This document shows positions 53,132 through 64,000 of a DNA stretch of 64,000 bases, piece after piece. Source of the DNA: Ptychomitrium polyphyllum (lineage: Eukaryota); the NCBI GenBank assembly GCA_973851085.1, contig OZ316775.1, forward strand, positions 4,402,001 through 4,466,000, written 5' to 3'. Both the position numbers and the translations under genes were made by a program. A model generated the notes under the pieces. The model made no database searches. It was not told where the DNA came from and was given only the letters and a program-made list of their open reading frames with translations. Position 1 is the stretch's first letter; each line of letters opens with the position of its first letter.

Positions 53132-55893
53132 TTAGCCCTCGTCATCCTCACAGTCATAATCGTCCTCATCGGGATGCACAGAGGGGCGGAGCTCGCTCCC
53201 TTGTAAATGCAATGTGCCCCCTAAGACATTCTCACTATCTACATCCGAATCCTTGATCGGTACATAGGATGTCCCGTCAACCTCCTGTTCTTCCTCTTTA
53301 GCAGTTGCTTCATCAGTCCCAGTTGGTATTTCACCATTCTCATCTAAATCCATATTTAAATCAAATCCAAGAACTTTCGGAGACCTAGTTGCAGGGCCTG
53401 ACGAAGTGGGAGTTGCGTCTCTACTGACAACCTCCTCCAATTTAGGTTTAGATTTATGAACAATAGGGTCTAAAATTACATCTGCCTGATCAGAGGATGG
53501 CGAATATCCATCCATCTCTGCATCTTCGGAATCTTCTGCTTTCTCAACCCCATTGATACGTGTGCTTCCAGTCCCATTTGAACCTCTTCCTCTTCCTCTG
53601 CCTCTGCCTCTGCCCCGTCCTCGGCCTCTGCCTGATGTTGACTGAACCTCCTGCAAAGAGTTGTCAACCACTAAGCATCTCACACAGCATGTACAAGTTA
53701 AAATAATGGAGGAGATACTGGACAATGAAGATTTGAAAGACATACCGATTTTGCTCGTTTCACCACCTCCTCATCGTCACTATCATCTCCGTCTGATTGC
53801 TTTCTGCAGGCAATATCTTGTAGCAGGTTAGTAGTTGATCCGTCAACATTAGCCAAGTCGACAAGCTACAGCAAGATAAAGATGTCCTCACACAATGCTA
53901 TAATCTAATTTCAAGAAGATCGGATACAGCAGAAGACAGTGCAAGATTTACATCTAAGGCCACGATTCAACTGTGACTGCAATTGGAACTTAAAAGACCA
54001 CCCACCTCCTCCTTCCACCAGTCTTTTCCTCACAGGCCGTCTCTGCACCAATATCTGAAACCTTTGAAACAATTTCCTGTAGAAAATCAAAAACGCTGTT
54101 TGTCTGCACACACTGCTTCCTGTAATATACACAAGATAAGAATCAGCAAATAAAGTACAACAGCAACGCAATAGACACAGTTACAGAGAGAACACGAACA
54201 ACTTTCCATCACAATCAAGACATTTGATCTACATTATTGAGCCAAGACATCATTCCTGCTTCGCTCAATCAATTAGACAGACAGACAGACAGACAGACGA
54301 ATTGATGATGTTTTCAATGACGTTAAAAAATCGTCCTCAGCTAACCGCTTACAACCAAAGGAATATGTGTTGCCACTTACAGGTGGAACGAACTCATGGT
54401 CTTCGCACCCCTACGAAGAGTGATCTCGTATGTTTTGTCACATAAATTCTGAAGAAATAGCTCCAAAGCTTTAGCTGCAGTAAACAAGCAACATGACAAG
54501 TTAATACCAGAACAAACACCCTAAAGACTCATTCACAATCCTTACACTTGTGCATCAGCTACGTACAACTGCTAGCACTGAAACTTTAAGTGCAGTCTTG
54601 ACCTTATGACTCGTCAGTCACAAAGTCTTGGACTGTGCAGAAGGGCTGGCAATATACTGTACAGCAGTGACAACCTGCCACCCCTGCCCACTGCCTTCAT
54701 CAGCTCCGCGACGTGGATAAATATTACAAACTACCAAAAACCTTTTCATTTTCTAAAACACCTGATGCAACGTAGCAAGATGGTAGTAGCGTGGCCCACT
54801 GGTTTCAAGCAACTGCTGAAGATCCTTGTAAGCACAGGATGTATTTTCAGAATAACCGCCGTGTAGAAAGTCAGGCATACTTTCCAAAGAGAGATGAGGA
54901 CTTAGCGGGACGTACAGATTAACACTGGTGTTGCCATAGCGATCTTGCCCACTTCTTCATCAGCTTGCATTATCTTCTTTATCCGTGCCTGAAACGACCA
55001 AAAACAGGTAGGTTAGGTACTCACGCACTCGTAAGACCTTAGTTAGAAACGTAGGTGGAAACCATAGTCCAACTTGCGCAGTTGATGGTCAGTGCTAGAC
55101 GCAAGAACATCTATGAAATCATGTATGACGTCAAAATTTCTAAAACTACAAAAATTCTGTACGACACACCTCATACTAGGACGAATAAAGGATCCCGGAG
55201 AAGCAACCGCAATATCTGACAGCTGTGTAAAATTTTCCCATCACGCAACACTCGCAGAATAATATACATGCATCAGTTCCCTCTTCCCAAAAACTGACCA
55301 TACTGCAATACAAGACCCTAGCATTTCCTTGCAAGCGTCACTGGGCAGTTTTGGCATGAAAACATCACGTTCCATGGACCATCACGTGTCTAAAATTGTT
55401 GTGTGAAGTCTACCGTTTTCTTAACCAAGCTTTACGATCGAAGTATCAAGTTAATAAAGTCCCTAACTAATCATTCATTCGTTCGCCAGCTGGGTGCCTT
55501 CTTTCAAAAGCGACCGTGACAACTTTAGGCCAGACCTTCAGGCACGCGTACTCCAGTACAGAAACCAGGCTTCCAGGCTGGTTGTGCTGGTGGGACAGAG
55601 GAAAAACTAGAGAAACCCACTTCGCTGCTCGACTCATGAGCTGGGTGGGTTCTAATATTATGTAGCTTATCTACTGTTTCTTCAAATCCCCAGACGGTTG
55701 TGTGCATGAATCCCCTCACATAAGAATCTAGACCAGGCTTTAGTGATACTCCAAAAGCCAGGACATCTCCGTACGCTCTCTCCTACCCCTCGTCCCTCAG
55801 CTATCACGAGAATCACACAACAATACTTAAATTTCAAAAAGCTAGGTCTTGCACACGTACAGCCGGAAAGCGAGTGTCCAGCTTCTTCTTCAT
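53132..55893 (-). CDS. DRAP1: Dr1-associated corepressor (NC2-alpha, histone-fold, NF-YC-like)
   Basis: Exons give MKKKLDTRFPA (55893-55861), ARIKKIMQADEEVGKIAMATPVLI, KALELFLQNLCDKTYEITLRRGAKTMSSFHL, KQCVQTNSVFDFLQEIVSKV, a short acidic exon, and a last exon with an (RG)n tract, FDLNMDLDENGE and an acidic end. Confidence 0.92.
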
Positions 55894-58389
55894 CTTTGCA
55901 GGTACGCTCAGGTCCTGCCACTTCAAGTGTGTCTGCACTCCGACTCGCGGGCTTCACAAAATGAAACCCTACGCTCCGCTTAAGCACAGTAGCCTCGCCA
56001 TAGCCACGAGAATGTCCAAAAGCAATGCCAAAAACTCCACGCGCTGTGACAAACACTTATAACCTGCCCATTTCAGACCTGTTCCTCGCACGGCGAAAAC
56101 CGTCCCTGACCTTCTCCAACCTTTCCACGGTCATCTTTCCTCCACAATAAGAACAGTCCTCGCAATTCCACTCCCCCTTCCCTGGCCTAACAATTATGAG
56201 ACCGACACTTCCATCCGCTAAAAAACGAGAAATCGTCACTCCACGCCTCACACCAACACATAAAACATCAAGAGCTTCCTGCTCCCCAGAACGGCCCAGC
56301 AACCGTTCAAAACCGTCTGGTTCCACAACTAAACCACACCCTGACAGAACACCCACAACCTACCGAATCTCAACCAACTACCAACGAGAAAAATCGAACT
56401 CCAGCCACACAGCTCTCTATCCCAAAGCTCCTCATCACGCAACAACGAACCAATACCCCCGCGACAGAAACACGAACGTTTTCAATGCTTGTGAGCGCAA
56501 ACTACAAGAAACGAAACCCCGGCTCCACGAGCTCCTCGCCTCACGCTTCTTCAACAGAACCAGTCGAACGCCGCTTGGGATAAGGGGACACAACTGCGAT
56601 GGAAAGCCCTCTGAAAAGCCCTCCAAGTGTAGGCCAATGCAACAATACCCCTGAGCCTTCAACGCCGATGAGCTAGTTTTGGCAGACCAAGCGAACTGGA
56701 CTCAAACTGGAGCAAAACTGAACGGAAAAAAGGGCGAGAGAAGTCGTTGGAGAGGTGGCGAGGCGGGGGATGTGAGGAGAATGAGAGCGGGGGCAGTAGG
56801 AGGCGAGGGAGTGCGGGGGAGAGCGCCGAAGCAGAGTAGAAATGGGCTATGGCGAGGCGAGCTTCCCTGCGCTCGCAAGAAGAAATGGCCCCGCGCTCCC
56901 TGCCACCGGGTGCAGACGGTCGCTGGTCGTTTCCAGCAGGTCACTGGAAGTTTGTTTTTGGAAAGTGCTAATGTGGATGTAAGCGTTCTCACGTTCCCTG
57001 GTCCGTTCCCGATACCTACAACACCTGGCCCCCGGAAAGGGCTTCCAGTGACAGTCACGATCATCGTCTGTGTTTAGATTTCTGGTTGAGTTAGCTTCTG
57101 CTGTGCTGTACTTGTGATCGCTGTCGACGTTGTCGAGGATACCTTCATTATCAAACATATAAGTATTTTCAGTGCCATGGCATCTTTTTCGTGCGGTATA
57201 TTACTTCTTGGACAAAGTATTCATAACACTTTAATGACCCTTGAAACACCTTCTTTAAAAGAGATAATTCCATCATTCAAAAATACAGTTTCATTGTCAA
57301 AACCTTCTTTTATTAAAGATTGAGAGAATTATATGCAATATTACCAAACTATGTCCATGTTTTCATGCATTTATAGTCACATGCCATTATAATCACTAAT
57401 TGTTGTTTTTTCAATTTCAAAAATATGAATGAGTTGTTTCAACTGTTGGATGACATTATAAAATAGGAAGATGTTATGTTGTATACATACATATAACTAT
57501 AACTATTTATCATATTTAGTAGGTTAAAAAATGAATTTATTTGCAATATGTTTTACATATGTCCTACTTTGAAAGGATGGCCTAGTGCATTGCTTTAGAA
57601 TGTCATATAAAAAATGAAGTATTTTTTCCTTTAATTTATTTCTAAAATTTATAAAAGATTATTTAATATTTGGTTTCAAAAAATTACAAATGAACTATAC
57701 CAAAGATTATACTATTGATTCGTGACTTCAATAAGATTCTTATGCATTGGAATCTTAATACCTTCTTCAATTATTAATTCTCCTTTGATATTTTTATTTG
57801 AAAGACTTATATGAAGTAACATAAGTCAATTTGTTTGTTCATTCTAGTTACTCATTACATTTAAGAAATAGTTGTAAAGTGTCAATCACCAATCAACACT
57901 CCACTAGACCTTTGGTTGCTACTTATTACTTAAAGATAAGATGGTGAAATACAAATATTTATATTAATAGGTGTTATAAAGTTAGGAAATTACAATAAAA
58001 TATCAATCCATATATAAATCCTTGAGTTTTACCAAACCTTTGCCATTCTATGTTTAAACTATTATTCACCTTTAACCTTTCAAGTGCAATTTCCAAATAT
58101 TCAAGTAGTTTCTTTGATTGTTGAATTTATAGCTTTAATAGGGTTTTTCAATCAAAACCACCTTTTTATGAAAGAAACATCCATGTGCAGTAGAATTTTT
58201 TAACTAACATCATTGATTCTTGCTCCAACATCAATCCAATGAGCATATAATCAATAAATATTTTATGAGTAGTTTTATTAGTAGACAGTGCAAATAAAAG
58301 TAATTTAGGCTATTAAATTGGCTAATCCTTAAATGCCTTAAATAATACATGAATAAAAGGAAGATAACTTCTTTTACTCTTACTATTAT

Positions 58390-58796
58390 GAGCACAAGAA
58401 AGAAAAAGCAGATACTAAGTGTTTTCTAAGAATTAACTTTTAAAGAGCTAATGATTAACAAGAATTGATACAAAAACTAAAACAAGGGCACAATATAGTA
58501 TAATCCATAGCTTTTATTGGCAAGACTAAGGTATACCTTGTCTTGCCTCCTATTTATACTATGATCCTTGTAGTTTTTAAAATACCTCTAAAAAAGCTTC
58601 TTGTAAAGTTTAAAAATGTTCTAAAAGTCTATTAAATCTTTTTAAGAAATTCTTCAAGGAAGTGGAACCTTCCTAAGAAGTTTTCAAAGAGGTAGAACGG
58701 CTATGGAAGCTTGGAAAGTATTCTAAGAAGCTACTCCAATATACTAAAAGGTTTTAAAAGATTTAAAAGATTATGGTAGATGATCTATGTTTGTGA
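58390..58796 (-). mobile_element. Degenerate LTR, family A copy 3
   Basis: Reverse complement aligns by eye with 10670-11100 and 16348-16755. Confidence 0.7.
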
Positions 58797-59789
58797 TTGT
58801 TAAAGATTGATTATCAATCAATACCTTGAGTTAGTACCTTTTTTAAATTGAGTGCTTGGTACTCAATACTTGGCAATTAGTAATCAAAATTTGGGAGTTG
58901 AAAGTAACAAGCAATTTGTATTAGAGGAAAATTATAGGAAATTCAATATGGAATGATTTCTTCTTAATAATCTATTGTTGATAATTAACCATAAGTAATC
59001 AACCTTCAATAATCAACGACCAACAAGATTAGAACTTACAATTCAAATGTATATTAGTTAAATAAACTAATGTGATAAAACAACAAAATTTTTAAAGGCA
59101 ATATGTAATTAATATCTTAGTAGAATTATTACCAAGCTACTGAGTGTTATACCCAGTACTACCGGACTTTTTCTACCAATCTCTTCTTATCAGTATTACC
59201 AAACATCTTCCAACAGTACCTACCGGATGATAAGTAGTAGTTTATTAGTTGACACAGTGGTAGATCTATTTTTGTAGGATCTTGAATCTAATACTTAAAC
59301 CTTCAACCAAGAGAGTTGAAGGTGTGTTGTATTTTGCTTTTTCTATGAAATAAGTTATACACTCCATTCTTTTTCTTTATCAATTTTGTTTTTGAGTATA
59401 TATTTATATGCAAATTTGTCCATTCTAGCAAGTTCTATAGTAATTTATAGTTACTCTTTAGTACTATTATATTTCTTCTATTTGGTAGTATCAACTATAA
59501 ACTCATATAGAGTGTTTTTCCCTTATCTATACGCTCTAGTAAGGAATTACTAAGCCTTAGAATACTTAGTAGTTACCAATCACAGTACTGGTATAGCTAA
59601 CTTTCCTTAGATAAGGATTTATACTAAGAAACTATTAAATTATTGATGACTTGGTAGTTACTAACCTTAATTGTTACAAACCTTAACACCAATCTTATAC
59701 AAGGACATTTTCAATCACTATTAAATCTATGGACTTGTCAATACATCAAAAATCTTATAAATCTGGTCATTGACAAACTTGTTGCATCT

Positions 59790-60660
59790 TATTGGCCAAT
59801 TCTTTCATGAAATGAGACCTTGATTTTATCAAATTTCTTTCTTACACCTTGTATGATGGTCGCTAGTACATCCTTTTTGCTACCAATTATGTTACCAAGT
59901 GGAATGAAGGCATAGGATTACGTGGCAAAACGGCCTTGAAGAGTGATCTATTCCTTTATAAAACATCCATACTCAATTTTATTGCCCTTTCTACATCATT
60001 AACAATCAAAAAGTTCATTCCAATAATACAGTAATCAAACATTCATGGAACATTTTTTCATCTAACACACGTCATCCACAACATATTATCTCTAAGGAAA
60101 TGGCCACATTGAATCAATCACCAAGGTCATTTGAAAAACGCTTCAAAAACTGGTCAACAAGCACAACACTTATTAAGACATCCACCTTTCTACGGCCATA
60201 TTTGCTTACTGTATTGCTTACAAAATAGCTATTAATCACTCTCTGTTCCAATTCATGCATAGCTTACTTCTTCTCATGTCTGCGGAATACTTGATTCCCA
60301 CCGCTTGTACTACCAATAATCATACTTTCAACCACCATTGTATTTTGGCTACCCAATACACCAACTTGGAAAGCTGGATGAAATCCGCTTATGCATCCAA
60401 GACCACCAAGGCAAATTACAATGGATCCACACTCAAGTTACTATAGCTTGAAATAAGAATATTACTTTTAATTTTGATAATTATGTCCTTTGGTACCTAA
60501 AAGGAGCAAATTTCTATACCGGCAAATTAAAAAACAAATGGTATGGCTCCTACTAAGTTTAGTACCCGCTATCAAATAATATTGTATTTTTAATAGCCAT
60601 AAACCACTTCAACCTTGATCCTGTCATTATAAACATTAATAAATTCATATCCTATGCTTA
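59790..60660 (+). mobile_element. Decayed Gypsy integrase fragment (non-chromovirus-like)
   Basis: Interrupted frames: ATNYVTKW, SSTTYYL*GNGHIESITKV, TAIFAYCIAYK..MSAEYLIP and GKLKNKWYGSY (GPY-motif region). Confidence 0.75.
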
Positions 60661-61267
60661 CATTGATGATATTTCAATTAGCCTACCGATAGCTCCCTAT
60701 TTGTCTAAATTAATCATTAAAATTATTACTCCTAGTGATGATATTGTGTACCAAGAACAAATATCAATCATGATGATTTAGATTGGCCATTACGACTATC
60801 AAGCATTCAAACCTTGTACTAATTATAATGTTGTCACTCTAATCCTAACAATTCAACCCACTCCTTTTTTTTTTTTTCCAACTTCCCTTTAGCGTATTAC
60901 TACTTTTCATTTATGCTTAGCTCTTCCATCTCTTCATTACAATAGCACATATTTTTTGCTCTCACTTCTATCTTTAGCTATGGATATTGCCAAGCAAAAA
61001 TCCACTCTGGTCCGTAGTTGTGTCTTAATTTGTCTAATAGGCGACATTTAAAAGCACATCATTTCATACATATGAACCGTCTTTAGTCTTAAGCAACTTC
61101 TGCTACTTCCGATCCTACCAAGTTAGCATTTTTCTATGATATTGGATTGTTAAAGTATGTCTAGCTACCATGGAATTATCCCTTCCATCATGCTAATGCC
61201 ATCATGAAATTTTTAAACACTATAGTTGAGCAAAATGGCAACGGTTTTTTGGAACCATCTCCTATAG

Positions 61268-64000
61268 CATCACGGACATACATAATAGAAGCATCAAGAA
61301 AGGTTCTTAAAAAGCTTAGGAAGCTTTCCAAGGAATTACCTCGGCTTAATAAACTTTCAAGGAAGTTACCTCAGCTTAAAAAGCTTCCAAAAAAGCAACT
61401 CAAGGTTGCTTGAGTACAAAGCAATGTAGTATTAGCTTCCTAAGAAGCTTCCAAGGCTTGTAGTCTTAGTATATATAGAAGCCGAGGTTGAAAGGACCTT
61501 CAATCTCAACAACGCATCCCTTGTAGTCTAGCTCAGACCTTTTGGTTTTATCTTTGTATCTTCTTATAGTTTTTTTACCTCTAATATACCTTGGACATAT
61601 TTTGTTCCACATCTTGGAATCATAAAGCCTTGTCTTATAGTTACAATATCTGTAATGGTTTGTTGAGATTGTCATACAACAATAATAGAGCTTGGTCTTT
61701 CTTGATTATCCCTCTTTCTTGAAAGCACTACAACACTTTAGGGATTGCAAATTACTTTCCTTTGAACTAATACTGCCTCTTTAAATTTTTCTGATTTCTT
61801 GCATATTTAGCAAGTTTTTATTAGTTTTTGTATCATTTTTATGCCAGGAAGAGAAGAAATCAAAATGACTGATGAGAAGAAGCCAATTTAGATTCATTAT
61901 CAATGTCCTTGAAGCATTGGGAATCAAAACCAAGACTTTATCAAAACAAAACAAAGAACCGTATTTGACCATACATAATGGTCAAGGAGTAGAAGCACCA
62001 CAGTTACTATTCCAAATCAACTTAGGTGCTTCATTGTCTAAATCTAATTTAGTACAAGGCGGACAAATTCAAGCCAAGAATTCAATGTCAACAGTCAAAG
62101 AAACTAAAATCAACCTTCTAAAGAAATTTAATGGTAAGCATTCAAAATTTTGAGGCTTTGTAAACCAAGTTCAATTTGTTACCTTGCTTCAACCTTGACA
62201 GTAATCTACAGACGCTCCACGCATTGGTTTGATAGGAATATTGTTCTTAAAACAAATATTATCCTGATTTATACCACTTTTTGAGAAAAAATCTTCCATA
62301 CTTAGCAACTTTGATGCGATTCAAGCTACATTTGCAAAAGCATTTGGTGACTATGACAAGCTCCGTTCTACAAATACTAAGAAAAAAAGGTCATGTTCTA
62401 TTAGCTCACAGTTCCTATTGTTTTACTATATTTGTTAATTTAGGTGTTCAGAAGCTCAAAAGCCTTGCTCTAATAGATTCAAGAGCCTTTGCTTGCTTTA
62501 TTGACAAAGAATTTATGAAAAGCCATAAGTTTTTTTTCATTAGAAAATTCAAATCTGTCTATGTCAAAGTCATAGATGATTGACTGTTATCTTCCAGAAA
62601 CGTTATTCATGTGATCAATCCATTAATAATAATATTGAATAACCATAGTAATCAAGTGATATTTAATGTCATTAGGTCTTTGTCGAGTTCCATCATTTTA
62701 GGGCTTTCTTGGCTCAAAAAATACAACACACAAATAGATTGGGCATCTCGCAAAATAAAATTTCCATCATTAGAATCTGTAACTATTAAGCCTATGAAGG
62801 AAGTTAAAGCATCTTATAGATCTTAAACCATAAAGCCTCTTTTAATAAGAACCAGAGTATTTATGAAAGCAGCAAAGACTGGTGTTTCTTTTGCTGTCTA
62901 TGCAACTTCAACGTCCAAAATTGTGGCTTCATCATCAATCACTCTAGAAAAGTATAAGGATTTCAACGATGTATTAAAAAAGAGGGGATGTAGACACTCT
63001 ACTAAAACATCGTCTCTACAATTGTGCCATAGGCATCCAACACTGTGCCTAGCCACCATTTGGACCTATCTATAATTTATTCCAAAATGAACTTTTATCT
63101 CAAAGGAAGTATACTGATGAAAACTAAGCCAAGAACTTCATTTGACATTCAAAATCTCCTGCTGGTACTCCTATATTTTTAATAAAGAAGAAAGATGGAT
63201 ATTTTTAAATGTGTGTCAATTATCGCGGCCTCAACAATATGACGGTGAAGAATCGATAGCCATTGCCGTTAATATTTGGGCTTTTTGATCAACTTGGTCA
63301 ACAAAGATCTATACCAAAATAAACTTGCAAGAAGCCTACAATTTCGTACGCATCAAAGAAAGAGTCAAATGAAAAACGGCTTTTTGAACAAGATATGGAC
63401 ATTTTGAATTCAATGTCAAGTTTTTTGGACTTATCAATGCATCCGCCACTTTTGAGCACTTGATGAATGATATATTTTGAGAATGCCTCAATGATTTTGT
63501 CATATGCTATTTGAATGATATCTTGATTTATTCAAAAAATCTAAAGGTACACGAATGACACGTCCATATAATCCTACAAATACTATAAGATGCCAGTTTG
63601 TTTGTCAAGCTGGAGAAATATTTTATTCCATCTATCTCAAGTAGAATTCCTTGGATATATCATTTCCAATAAATAACTACTAATGGATGCAAAGAAGGTC
63701 AAAGCCATCAGCAATTGGACAAGGCCAAAATTAGTATGTGATGTCTAATGTTTTCTTGAATTTACAAATTTCTGTAGGATCTTCATCAAGGACTATTCTT
63801 GAATAGCTGCACCACTCACGCGGCTAACATATAAAAAAGAAGCTTGTGTAGAGATCCAATGCTGAGGATGCATTCCAAAGTTTAATGCAAGCTTTTACTA
63901 CATCTCTTATTCTGGTCTATTCAGACTCTTCAAAGCAATTTGATTTTGAAAAATATGCTTCCGATTTTATACTAAGAGCAATTTTGTCACAAATAGAAAG
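61268..64000 (+). mobile_element. Decayed Ty3/Gypsy chromovirus-type element: family B 5' LTR (61268-61657), gag, protease and RT; runs off the window
   Basis: LTR homologous to 11788-12246. Gag ETKINLLKKFNGKHSKF*GFVNQV, protease ALIDSRA and IILGLSWL, RT SKSPAGTPIFLIKKKDG and ICYLNDILIYS; many stops. Confidence 0.9.

Noticed and set aside
56057..57158. Several 100-150-aa ORFs
   Set aside because: They lie in the GC-rich UTR and promoter of DRAP1, overlap on both strands and contain no recognisable domain.

Overview
Eukaryotic land-plant nuclear DNA, most consistent with a moss such as Physcomitrium patens. The basis is intron-rich GC-moderate genes separated by very AT-rich, CpG-depleted Gypsy LTR debris; the taxon is inferred, not verified. 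Apparently intact spliced genes: a POWERDRESS-like SANT corepressor (5' part, minus), NAD(P)HX dehydratase (minus), a CRTISO-like FAD oxidoreductase (plus), a DOMON/cytochrome b561 protein (plus), HSP101/ClpB1 with a phased heat-shock-element array (minus) and NC2-alpha/DRAP1 (minus). Decayed sequences: two tandem MLKL-like (DUF1221/HeLo + kinase) pseudogenes, an intronless SRP54 pseudogene with an internal 187-bp inversion, a Copia relic and several Gypsy relics and LTRs. I found no clearly new multi-gene system. The best leads are (1) MLKL-like pseudogenes whose ancestor seems to have been an active kinase, (2) a frame-preserving duplicated 84-nt exon inside the NAD(P)HX dehydratase gene, (3) a TA-flanked 139-bp fold-back (MITE or pre-miRNA) in a putative spliced non-coding transcript, and (4) the SRP54 inversion bounded by 11-bp inverted repeats. 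All family assignments come from recalled motifs; no database searches were run, and exon limits were read by eye.
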